64,000 bases of DNA from a virus: IMG/VR virus record IMGVR_UViG_3300035670_010029; one strand, given 5' to 3'. Below, piece after piece: positions 37,446 through 46,478 of the stretch. Position numbers and translations under genes: made by a program. The number at the start of each line of letters is the position of its first letter. Position 1 is the first letter of the stretch. The notes beneath the pieces are model-generated. The model was given only the letters and a program-made list of their open reading frames with translations, was not told the DNA's origin and ran no database searches.

Positions 37446-39089
37446 ATGATATCTACACAGAATCCCAATAAAAAAAAGAAACTACAATATTCTTGCGGTT
37501 GTTCTTTCAACACCATAGATAATGACTCGGATAAAATAGACTTTGATCCTGTTCATAACCCTATCAATTTTAATTGCTCCAAAACCTGGGCACTTATAGG
37601 AGATGGTAATACTAAGGGTTGTTTTCAGCTTGAGTCTAGATTAGGTAGATCTATGGCTAAAAAACTTAAGCCAACAAACATAGAAGAGCTATCTGCCCTA
37701 ATCAGTATTCTGAGACCAGGATGCTTGGAAGCCGTAAGAGACGGAAAAACTGTGTCCAACCACTACATAGATAAAAAAAATGGCCAGGAATCTATAGACT
37801 ATTATCATCCAGCACTAGAGGAAACACTTGGCAAAACCTATGGAGAGATGATATATCAAGAACAGGCAATGGAGATTGCAAAAAATATAGCTGGTTTTAA
37901 TCTACAAGAAGCAGACATGCTTCGTAAAGCTATTGGTAAAAAGAAACCAGAAGAAATGGCAAAAGTAAAATCTAAGTTTTTGAATGGGTCCAAAGAACTG
38001 GGTGTCGTTTCCTTTGAACAAGCAGAAGAAATTTTCGGATGGATAGAAAAAAGCCAAAGATATTCTTTTAACAAAAGTCATGCTGTTTCCTACGCTGTTA
38101 ATGCTTATCTGTCTGCTTACGCAAAAGCTCATTTTCCTAGGATATTTTTTGCTTCGTACCTAAGATTTGCGAAAGATAAAATTGATCCTAAGGCAGAAAT
38201 TAAAGAACTGATACAAAACGCTAACGCAATGGATATAGGCGTCTATGTGCCAGACATTAGAAATATGAATAAATTTTTTGTTCTCAAAAATAACCATATT
38301 TATTTTGGTCTCACAGATATCAAAGGGTTCGGCGATTCGGTATATAACAAACTATGTGAACTTATAAAAAAAGAACATATAGATTTTGATACTGTGTCTT
38401 GGTTAGAATTTGCATGTAAAATTTTATTGAATATTAATTCTATATCAGCTAAATCATTAATCAAGTCTGGTTCATTGTCTTTTCTAAAGAAAAGCAGAAC
38501 ATCAATGCTTTTCGAATATGAACTATTGGGGAAATTAACCAAAAAAGAAAGCGGTTTTATTTGTGATAGAGCGGATCGATATAAAAATTTAAACGACGCA
38601 TTGCTGGATTTATTCCATAATCATAGACTAACTAATAAAAGAAGCCAGACCATTAATACTATTATACAAACCTTTAATAAGCCCCCGTATTCTCTTCAGG
38701 ACAGCCCGGAATGGATAGCCGACTCAGAAGAAGAAATACTGGGCTGCAGCATCACTTGCTCTAAAGTAGATATGTATGATATTTCTATGACTAATGCAAC
38801 ATGCAAAGACTTTCATAATATGTTAAATACTGATAATATTATTGTGTGTGGAGAAATAGACACTATCAGTATCATTAAAACAAAATCAGGCAAAAATCCT
38901 GGTGCGGAAATGGCCTTTGTTTCGATGAGCGACGGATCAGGAGTGATAGACAGCGTTATTTTCTTTCCAGAGGCTTACAAAGAATTTCGAAACATTCTTT
39001 TTCAGAACAATGTTATTATTGTCAAAGGGAACAAAACAAAGAGCAAGGATGGACTCGTTGTCCAAAAAGCCTATATTCCTAGAACTTGA
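37446..39089 (+). CDS. dnaE: DNA polymerase III alpha, C-terminal half (fingers + HhH + OB)
   Basis: GCFQLES, LRPG, TYGEMIYQEQAM, ADMLRKAIGKK, YSFNKSHAVSYA, FGLTDIKGFG, MAFVSMSDGSG...VIFFPEAY. Confidence 0.95.
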   Translation: MISTQNPNKKKKLQYSCGCSFNTIDNDSDKIDFDPVHNPINFNCSKTWALIGDGNTKGCFQLESRLGRSMAKKLKPTNIEELSALISILRPGCLEAVRDGKTVSNHYIDKKNGQESIDYYHPALEETLGKTYGEMIYQEQAMEIAKNIAGFNLQEADMLRKAIGKKKPEEMAKVKSKFLNGSKELGVVSFEQAEEIFGWIEKSQRYSFNKSHAVSYAVNAYLSAYAKAHFPRIFFASYLRFAKDKIDPKAEIKELIQNANAMDIGVYVPDIRNMNKFFVLKNNHIYFGLTDIKGFGDSVYNKLCELIKKEHIDFDTVSWLEFACKILLNINSISAKSLIKSGSLSFLKKSRTSMLFEYELLGKLTKKESGFICDRADRYKNLNDALLDLFHNHRLTNKRSQTINTIIQTFNKPPYSLQDSPEWIADSEEEILGCSITCSKVDMYDISMTNATCKDFHNMLNTDNIIVCGEIDTISIIKTKSGKNPGAEMAFVSMSDGSGVIDSVIFFPEAYKEFRNILFQNNVIIVKGNKTKSKDGLVVQKAYIPRT

Positions 39090-39113
39090 CACAATGGAAC
39101 GACGACATATGAT
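39086..39113 (+). promoter_or_regulatory. Sigma-70-type promoter for ssb
   Basis: TTGACA (39086-39091), 16-nt spacer, TATGAT (39108-39113). Confidence 0.6.
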
Positions 39114-39161
39114 AGAATATGTTTGGTTTTTGGATTTTTCTTTACAAGGAGATTTAAACAA

Positions 39162-39548
39162 ATGAATATTAATATTCTGCGCGGTAATTTAGCTAGAGAT
39201 CCTGAAGTACGTGTTGTGACTATTAATGGTAAGCAAACTTCTGTAGTAAACTTTACTGTAGCAGTCTCTCGTGAATATACTAAGGCAAATGGAGAAAAGG
39301 ATAAGGTTACCACATTCGTGCCATGTGAAGCATGGGATAGTGGTGCTGAGATAATAGGGGACTCCTTTAGAAAGGGAGACCTAGTAATGGTAGAAGGTTC
39401 GCTACGAAACGACTCTTGGGAAAAGGATGGCGTTAAGCATAATTCTTTGAAAGTCCGAGTTAATAACTTTTCAAAGATTACCAAGCTCTCAAGAAATCGT
39501 ACAGACAAAAGTCTAGACAAGAGCGAAGCTGAAACGGTTGCTTTTTAA
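39162..39548 (+). CDS. ssb: Single-stranded DNA-binding protein
   Basis: LRGNLARDPE, VNFTVAV, CEAW, KGDLVMVEGSL; ATG 39162 after AGGAG. Confidence 0.93.
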   Translation: MNINILRGNLARDPEVRVVTINGKQTSVVNFTVAVSREYTKANGEKDKVTTFVPCEAWDSGAEIIGDSFRKGDLVMVEGSLRNDSWEKDGVKHNSLKVRVNNFSKITKLSRNRTDKSLDKSEAETVAF

Positions 39549-39575
39549 TTATCATCAGAGCATAGGACAATAGAT

Positions 39576-39608
39576 GAAATGGGGGGTGTTTAGTCGCCCC
39601 CCAATTTC
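39576..39608 (+). terminator. GC-rich stem-loop after ssb (terminator or processing hairpin)
   Basis: gaaat-ggggggtg-tttagt-cgcccccc-a-atttc; weak U tail. Confidence 0.6.
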
Positions 39609-39623
39609 TACGCAAATAAAGAC

Positions 39624-41291
39624 ATGACACAAAACAAAAAACTCAAAATATTGATGGTTTCTGAGGCTAGCTTTTTAAGCTCTGGATTCGGAACTTATGC
39701 TAAAGAAATTCTAAGTCGTCTTCATGCCACCAACAAATATGAGATCGCAGAATTTGCTTGCTACGGCAAGGTTAATGATCCTAAAGACCATTCTATTTTG
39801 TGGAGATATTATGCTAATGCTGTAGACGAAAATGATCCAAGACATAAAGAGTATAACAATTCTTTAGAAAATCAATTTGGTAGATGGAGATTTGAGAGAG
39901 TTTTATTGGATTTTCAGCCAGATGTTGTTGTAGATGTTAGAGATTACTGGATGAATTCATATCAGCAATTCTCTCCTTTACGACCATTTTTTCACTGGGT
40001 TCTTATGCCCACAGTAGACTCTTCGCCTCAACAAGAAGACTGGATTGACACATTTTTACATGCAGATGCTATTTTTACTTATTCAGACTTTGGTCGTGAC
40101 ACTCTCTTAGAGCAAAGCAACAACAAAATTAATTACATATCTACAACGTCTCCGGGTGTTGATCTTAATATTTTTCATCCAATCCCTAACAGAGATAATC
40201 TTAGACAATCTCTGGGTATTGCTCCGGGCAGTTTTGTGATTGGATCAGTTATGCGTAACCAAAAACGCAAATTAATTCCCGAGCTATTTTCTGCTGTTAA
40301 GTCTCTTATCAATAATCTTTATCAGCAAAATAATGATTTGGCTAACAATATTTACATATACTTGCATACTAGTTATCCAGATGCGGGTTGGGATATACCA
40401 CAGTTACTAAAAGAATATGAGATAGGAAACAGGGTTTTATTCACATACTCATGTAAAAGTTGTGGATTTTTCAGACCAAAACTCTTTAGTCATCCTGTAA
40501 CATATTGTCCTAAGTGTGGCAATAGGTCTCTTTCTATGCCAAATGTTAGTAATGGACTACAACAAGAAAATCTCAATCAAGTTATTAACTGCTTCGATTT
40601 ATATGTACAATATGCCATATGTGAAGGATTTGGTATGCCACAGGTTGAAGCAGCAGCAGCGGGGGTACCCATAGCATCAGTAGATTATAGTGCAATGTCT
40701 GATGTTGTTAGAAAACTTAATGGATACCCAGTTAGAGTTAATCAATATTTTAAAGAACTTGAAACCAAAGCAATACGCGTTTATCCAGATAATAAGCACC
40801 TTCAGCAAATCATTACCGACTTCATTTCTTTGCCTGATATCCTGAAACAACAAAAAAGACATGAAACCAGAAAATTAACAGAGGAGCACTATAACTGGGA
40901 TAACATAGCTAAACAATGGGAAAATTATTTTGATCATATTACGCTCAGTGGTATGCAAGGCAAGTGGTCATCGAATCTTCCATTAATGAACAATATTAAT
41001 AATTTAGATGGAGACAATGCTTACGACATCATAACCTCGGCTGTTTCAACACATATGCCCCAACACCAGATCATAAGCTCAATGTCTCTGTTAAATATGC
41101 TCAAAGATACAGATTACGGATTTACTCTTAATGGCTTACAAATTCAGCCATACGGACTAGAGCAGGTAAAGAACTCGCTAAACGTAATGATCAACAATCA
41201 TAATACTGCCATACAGGCAAAAAATAATCTTGGATCACTCTCTCCAGAAGACTATATTTCTTACGCACACATGAAAGATAACACTAAATGA
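39624..41291 (+). CDS. Glycosyltransferase family 4 (GT-B) with zinc-ribbon insertion
   Basis: KILMVSE...SGFG, RNQKRK, EGFGMPQVEAAAAGVP (E-x7-E), YNWD; CKSCG...CPKCG insert. Confidence 0.9.
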   Translation: MTQNKKLKILMVSEASFLSSGFGTYAKEILSRLHATNKYEIAEFACYGKVNDPKDHSILWRYYANAVDENDPRHKEYNNSLENQFGRWRFERVLLDFQPDVVVDVRDYWMNSYQQFSPLRPFFHWVLMPTVDSSPQQEDWIDTFLHADAIFTYSDFGRDTLLEQSNNKINYISTTSPGVDLNIFHPIPNRDNLRQSLGIAPGSFVIGSVMRNQKRKLIPELFSAVKSLINNLYQQNNDLANNIYIYLHTSYPDAGWDIPQLLKEYEIGNRVLFTYSCKSCGFFRPKLFSHPVTYCPKCGNRSLSMPNVSNGLQQENLNQVINCFDLYVQYAICEGFGMPQVEAAAAGVPIASVDYSAMSDVVRKLNGYPVRVNQYFKELETKAIRVYPDNKHLQQIITDFISLPDILKQQKRHETRKLTEEHYNWDNIAKQWENYFDHITLSGMQGKWSSNLPLMNNINNLDGDNAYDIITSAVSTHMPQHQIISSMSLLNMLKDTDYGFTLNGLQIQPYGLEQVKNSLNVMINNHNTAIQAKNNLGSLSPEDYISYAHMKDNTK

Positions 41292-42424
41292 ACGCTTTGT
41301 TTATCGGACCATATAGACAAAATGATGGCTGGGGCGCCGCCACCAGAGATTACATAAGGTCTATAGCAACACAGACAAAAAATCTTTCTATTCGTCCAAT
41401 CTACTTAGCCAATAATTTGATAGAAAAGCTAGACGATGACTTGTTGTCATATGAAAACTCCATATACAAAACATATGATGTTGTTTTCCAAAAAACATTA
41501 CCTCATTGCTTGGTTCCGCAAAATATTACTACTAAGAATGTTGGCATATTCACCCTAGAAACCAACAATATATCCCACTCCAATAGCATACATCTGATCA
41601 ACAGAATGAGCGAAATTTGTGTTCCTTCTAACCAAGAAGCACACAGTCTTAAAATCTCTGGTATTAAAATTCCGATCAGAGTTATCTCCCAATCTCTAAA
41701 TACCGAAGCAATAAAAAACCATATATCCAATAACACCCAAAAGCCATTTCCTTTCGACATTATCACATCTAGATCGTTCAAATTTTATACAATTGGTGAA
41801 TATATAGAAAGAAAAAATTTATTAGATATTGTGTTAGCCTTTAATTTGGCTTTTGACATAAATGATAACGTTAGTTTAGTTATCAAAACCAATAAGCCAG
41901 GACTTAACCACCAGCAGTCATATCAATCTATTATGCAAGACATAGCTGACCTTAAAAGAAAGATGAACATCGGCTCCGTAAACAACAAAGAAGTAGTGAT
42001 TACACATAGGTTGTCAGACAACGATATGATGTCTCTACACGACTCATGTGACTGCTTCGTGTCTGCATCAAAAGGTGAGGCGTTTTGCAGACCTGCTGCG
42101 GAAGCCCTGTGTTTCGGTAATGTTCCTATGGTTACAGATCATACCGGAATGATAGACTTTATAAATAACCAAAACGGATTTATCATTAATAGTCATAAAA
42201 CGCCTGTGGTGACATCAGAAAGAACACTCTCTAATGATTTTGATATATATAATGCTCATGAGTACTGGTATCAGCCAAATATTTACTCTATGATAGAGAC
42301 CATGAAAAAAGCCTACCATATGTATCGTAAAGATCAAGATGCTTGGCAAGCTAAAAGACAAGCAGGAATATTATCCATAGAAAAGTTCTCTTACTCACAA
42401 ATAGGACAGAATATATGCATCTAA
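41288..42424 (+). CDS. Glycosyltransferase family 4 (GT-B)
   Basis: DGWG, ERKN, DCFVSASKGEAFCRPAAEAL (E-x7-E). Confidence 0.88.
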   Translation: MNALFIGPYRQNDGWGAATRDYIRSIATQTKNLSIRPIYLANNLIEKLDDDLLSYENSIYKTYDVVFQKTLPHCLVPQNITTKNVGIFTLETNNISHSNSIHLINRMSEICVPSNQEAHSLKISGIKIPIRVISQSLNTEAIKNHISNNTQKPFPFDIITSRSFKFYTIGEYIERKNLLDIVLAFNLAFDINDNVSLVIKTNKPGLNHQQSYQSIMQDIADLKRKMNIGSVNNKEVVITHRLSDNDMMSLHDSCDCFVSASKGEAFCRPAAEALCFGNVPMVTDHTGMIDFINNQNGFIINSHKTPVVTSERTLSNDFDIYNAHEYWYQPNIYSMIETMKKAYHMYRKDQDAWQAKRQAGILSIEKFSYSQIGQNICI

Positions 42425-43353
42425 GTCTATCTATGGTCAATGTACTCCATCAAACATTGTCAGATACCATCAATACAATAGTAGAACCCTCTGCTACTAT
42501 TTTTGATCACATAATGTTTTTGGTTAATCCAAACTATAATTTTTATGTCATTCATCCAGACAACATGCGATACAATGCCGATAATGCTAAATCCTTAATT
42601 CCATCGTATGTTGATCTATATGGCTATAACCTTTATATCAGTCAAAATCCAATGAGCTATGTACAAAATAATTTAGCTCAAATTTTTCATATTAATAGTC
42701 TACTAATATTTCATGCTCATAAGCCTAATAATCTTAAAAAAGAAGACAGAGCCATTATTAATAGCAAAATACATAAGCATACAAAGATATTTTTTGACGC
42801 TAATCAACTTAAAGATTGGCAAATACAAAATAAGACTATGGTGATGCCGTATGGGGTGCCATTAAAGCACATTTCTTATAGTATACAATGCTCCGATAGA
42901 ACCAAAGATGTTCTTATTGTAGGAGACACTCAAAATGTCGTTAACAGAGCGTTACATAGGGCTTTTACTGACAATAATTACTCTTGTGATATTAACGGGC
43001 TGCACCTTTCAAATATTACAGAAGTAAATACGATACTTAATCAATATAAAATTGTGATCGATCTAAATAACAATGGGTGGATAAATTGTTTATGCGCGGT
43101 TGCAGCAGGGTGTTACTCTATACACAGCACTCAACGAACATCAAATATGCAATCAGTTATTTTTGCATCATCACTAGAAAATATCATCTCATCCACACAG
43201 CAATTGTTACAAGAATATGACGCAGTAGACCATCTAAACAGAGTACAAAACGACAGACTCTCTCTTAGAGATAACTATAATTTTGAATTATTCCAAAACA
43301 GCATGTCCAACGTAATAGAACATTTATCGCATCAAGAGGTATTTATCATATGA
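42415..43353 (+). CDS. Degenerate GT-B-like protein
   Basis: MPYGVP, ILNQYKIVIDL, CLCAVAAGC occupy GT-B positions but the E-x7-E motif is lost. Confidence 0.55.
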   Translation: MHLSLSMVNVLHQTLSDTINTIVEPSATIFDHIMFLVNPNYNFYVIHPDNMRYNADNAKSLIPSYVDLYGYNLYISQNPMSYVQNNLAQIFHINSLLIFHAHKPNNLKKEDRAIINSKIHKHTKIFFDANQLKDWQIQNKTMVMPYGVPLKHISYSIQCSDRTKDVLIVGDTQNVVNRALHRAFTDNNYSCDINGLHLSNITEVNTILNQYKIVIDLNNNGWINCLCAVAAGCYSIHSTQRTSNMQSVIFASSLENIISSTQQLLQEYDAVDHLNRVQNDRLSLRDNYNFELFQNSMSNVIEHLSHQEVFII

Positions 43354-43763
43354 TACAAGAAATTAATGTTATAACGCATCCCAGCCAGTCTGTGGAAGGG
43401 TATCAAAATGTTCCTCTAGATCAACTAGGAGGTATCACTAACGGATTTGTTAGAAGTATCATCTGTAATTGTTTGGACTATCTGCCTTTTGGACAAAGAC
43501 AAGTTTTATTTTCAGAATTAGTTAATAAAATATGCATAGAGGGGACCTTAACTCTGCGATTTTTAAATGCTAGTTTATTGCCGAATAAGATTATTTCTGG
43601 CGACATTACTGGAGAAAAGTTATCGGAGATTATATCCAATATATCTTCATGTTGGTCGGAAAAAGAATTTCAGCAAGTCATGCAACAAATAAATAATTGT
43701 AGCATCTCTAAGCTATTCCATGAACAAGTCTATACCGTTGTTTCTATTCAAAAGACTAAATGA
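43350..43763 (+). CDS. Degenerate class I methyltransferase-like protein
   Basis: SIICNCLDYL...LFSELVNKICIEGTLTL echoes the 'VLEH...E..RVLKPGG.L' region; no glycine-rich SAM motif. Confidence 0.45.
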   Translation: MIQEINVITHPSQSVEGYQNVPLDQLGGITNGFVRSIICNCLDYLPFGQRQVLFSELVNKICIEGTLTLRFLNASLLPNKIISGDITGEKLSEIISNISSCWSEKEFQQVMQQINNCSISKLFHEQVYTVVSIQKTK

Positions 43764-44446
43764 AAACTTTATGTTGTGTCATGTCCTATGAGATTACTAA
43801 AGGAATGAAATCTCGTGGACCCATAGGACTACTTAAAAAAAATAACAAATCTGAAGAGCTTATTATCAAACAAATAGATTCTTTAAACTCACTATTTCTG
43901 AATAATGATATTTATGTGGTTACTGGATTTGGCTCAGAAAAAATACAAAAAAGAATACCTTCCAATATCTCTGTTATTGTTAATGATAAATTTAATCAAG
44001 CCAATCAGATGTATGCATTGAAATTATTTTTAAATACCATACAAACAGAAACAAACTATGAAGGCATATTCATTTTAACCTCTAATATTATCATTAAACA
44101 TCTTAGATTAAATGACCCTAATAAGTCATGGGTCCTAACAAAGAGCAAAAATAATCGCACAAAAGACGAATCTTTATTAGGAGTTGGACTAGACAGCACA
44201 GAAAAAATCAATACTATATTCTATAATCTCGGCACACTACTGTGGTGTAACGCCGTCTATCTGTGTAAAAAAGATGTTGAGATCATCAAGAATAACTTAG
44301 ATAAGTATTATGACAATATGTTTCTATTTGAAATGATAAATAAATCTATCGACGAATATTATTTAAACATTGGTATCAACACCCTGTATAGCAATAACGA
44401 CTGTATTATTATCAGAGGACCCAAAGATAAGCACAAAATCATATGA
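43760..44446 (+). CDS. Degenerate sugar/choline-phosphate nucleotidyltransferase-like protein
   Basis: TKGMKSRGPIGLL, YVVTGFGSEKI, VIVNDKFNQANQMYAL; lacks AAGxGxR and the metal-binding GD. Confidence 0.6.
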   Translation: MKTLCCVMSYEITKGMKSRGPIGLLKKNNKSEELIIKQIDSLNSLFLNNDIYVVTGFGSEKIQKRIPSNISVIVNDKFNQANQMYALKLFLNTIQTETNYEGIFILTSNIIIKHLRLNDPNKSWVLTKSKNNRTKDESLLGVGLDSTEKINTIFYNLGTLLWCNAVYLCKKDVEIIKNNLDKYYDNMFLFEMINKSIDEYYLNIGINTLYSNNDCIIIRGPKDKHKII

Positions 44447-45231
44447 GCAAAACCATACTCGTACACCATACCAATAATCCATTATATCGATCTATGATAA
44501 AGTATCTATTCTCTCTACAAGGAGAATCATACCAGATAGATATACGACCACTGCACACTAAATTGTTTGAATCTTTTCATAATGTAAAACCCACAACGGT
44601 GTTCTTGCCTGCTGCAGAGTATACTCAGGAATTTCATGATTTTATTACAGAACATCACAAGAATACATCAATTGTATTATTGATAGACCAGCCCATTGAT
44701 CATCAAGAACTATTAAGATTTTGGAGAGACACACACATTAAGATTGTTGTTAACGAACGATTTGCTGCTCAGTATACTCACAACAAATCACTATTATTTA
44801 ATCATTTGTATGATTCTGACATTTTTCAACATTATGGTCTTGAAAGAAATAATAAAGTTGCTGTTATATTATCACACGACAACAATAAAAACAATAATAT
44901 ATTATCTAGCTGGCTATATCCAGAACAACCCAAATCAACGCTAGTTTTATTCAATAATCCAGAGTTTAAGCATCCCCAAAATATAGGTATTTTTAATAAT
45001 TCTGATCTTAGTATGGTTCTGAATACTTTTTCTTATCTAATAGATATTGAAGATAATTTTGCGGTAGAAGCACAAGCATGTCAAATTAGCAATCTAGAAT
45101 TTTCTAGTATCACAGACATTTTAGACACAACAACATATACTCAAAAACCACACCCAATCGGTTCTGAACAACTAGAAACGCATTGTTACAGGACTTTTGT
45201 ATCAACGAAACTCATATCTTTTTTAAGCTAG
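44443..45231 (+). CDS. Hypothetical protein, possible degenerate GT-B
   Basis: DSDIF, DLSMVLNTFSYLID, FAVEAQAC echo GT-B C-domain motifs. Confidence 0.5.
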   Translation: MSKTILVHHTNNPLYRSMIKYLFSLQGESYQIDIRPLHTKLFESFHNVKPTTVFLPAAEYTQEFHDFITEHHKNTSIVLLIDQPIDHQELLRFWRDTHIKIVVNERFAAQYTHNKSLLFNHLYDSDIFQHYGLERNNKVAVILSHDNNKNNNILSSWLYPEQPKSTLVLFNNPEFKHPQNIGIFNNSDLSMVLNTFSYLIDIEDNFAVEAQACQISNLEFSSITDILDTTTYTQKPHPIGSEQLETHCYRTFVSTKLISFLS

Positions 45232-45240
45232 GACTTTTAC

Positions 45241-45705
45241 ATGAATATCGGTTTTTACTTATTAGATGTAGATATGTCTGAAAAATGTAAAATTATCTTG
45301 CAAGCAATCAATGATTATTGCAAAAATAACAGACAAAATAATGTTGTATTATTTAATAACCAATTTAATGCTGTCGATCTAGATCCCAAATACTATATAC
45401 TACATCTGAATCAGGCAAAGTTTTTTAAAGGTTTACTGTTTGTTTTTGGTACTAAACCAGCTCTATTAACAAACTCCTTTCCTTGTGCTAAAAAACAAAT
45501 AATTTACATGACCGAACCAGAGTGGTCAGATCATCCGGAATTACCATTTACTGTGTGGTCAAATATCTATCTTAATGATAGCACAGAACTACTGACAGAT
45601 AATCTTGATACTTATAATCTAATAAATATATGCTGGAAGAAACCACTGTCCCTAATTAAGTCTTTTGACGCTGAGGCTATTAATAATGTCATACAAAGCT
45701 TATAA
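45241..45705 (+). CDS. Hypothetical protein (MNIGFY start, Rossmann-like half domain)
   Basis: 154-aa ORF closing the second GT cluster. Confidence 0.65.
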   Translation: MNIGFYLLDVDMSEKCKIILQAINDYCKNNRQNNVVLFNNQFNAVDLDPKYYILHLNQAKFFKGLLFVFGTKPALLTNSFPCAKKQIIYMTEPEWSDHPELPFTVWSNIYLNDSTELLTDNLDTYNLINICWKKPLSLIKSFDAEAINNVIQSL

Positions 45706-46477
45706 TTCTTATAGTGATCAACAAAAACGAGAACTTATTAAAGAGCTTTATCTTAAAGATAAAAAGTCTTTTCAAGATATTGCTGATCTATTATCTACTT
45801 ACCCAAATAAAATTAGAAGAGACGCAATCAAAATGGGAATACCCATTAGGGATAAGAGTGCAGCACAATCTAATGCATTGTCTTCTGGTAAGCATAAACA
45901 TCCAACAAAAGGAACAACACGTTCAGACACCACAAAACACAAGATAGGCTTGGCCGTAATGTCTTCTTGGGATAATTTATCAAATAAAGAAAGAAAACAA
46001 AGACAAGAAAATAGCAAACAGCTTTGGGATAGTTTGGATGAAGAAGAAAAAAAATATAGACTTACTCTAGCTCATCAAGCGGTTAGAGATAGTAGCAAAC
46101 AAGGATCAAAGCTAGAAAAATTTTTATTAGAAAAACTGTTATCAGACGGATATAAGGTTGATTTCCATAAAGAACAGATTTTGTCGAACACGAAGTTGCA
46201 GATAGACCTGTTTCTTCCTACTATGAGTATAGCCATAGAAGTCGATGGGCCTTCTCACTTTTTGCCCGTATGGGGAGAGGACACCCTACAAAAAAATATA
46301 GAATATGATCGTAAAAAAAACGGACTTATTATAGGTAAGGGACTAAAATTAATTAGGATCAAGCAAACACATGATTTTTCTATGGCGAGATCACAAGAAG
46401 TCTATCTCAAACTGATAGACGCAATCAAGGAAATTAAAAACAATAAAACTATTACTAATCTGGATATAGAGGACTAA
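45686..46477 (+). CDS. HTH + NUMOD3-like + Vsr/DUF559 endonuclease (homing-endonuclease-like architecture)
   Basis: KSFQDIADLLSTYPNKIRR, HPTKGTTRSDTTKHKIG, IDLFLP...IEVDGPSHF; ATG 45686. Confidence 0.75.
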   Translation: MSYKAYNSYSDQQKRELIKELYLKDKKSFQDIADLLSTYPNKIRRDAIKMGIPIRDKSAAQSNALSSGKHKHPTKGTTRSDTTKHKIGLAVMSSWDNLSNKERKQRQENSKQLWDSLDEEEKKYRLTLAHQAVRDSSKQGSKLEKFLLEKLLSDGYKVDFHKEQILSNTKLQIDLFLPTMSIAIEVDGPSHFLPVWGEDTLQKNIEYDRKKNGLIIGKGLKLIRIKQTHDFSMARSQEVYLKLIDAIKEIKNNKTITNLDIED

Positions 46478-46478
46478 A

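Noticed and set aside
36480-37620. Split intein or group I intron explaining the dnaE break
   Set aside because: No intein N-terminal (C/S-start block A) or C-terminal HN-C/S/T motifs at the ends; the classical YxFNKSH site is intact; the gap is fully occupied by two tightly coupled ORFs.
38490-38520. TSMLF as a beta-clamp-binding motif in DnaE-C
   Set aside because: It aligns with the ordinary 'GAFD...R..LL' helix following the HhH region; probably coincidental.
39071-39520. 149-aa antisense ORF opposite ssb
   Set aside because: Shadow of a well-conserved ssb gene; no RBS or recognisable motifs.
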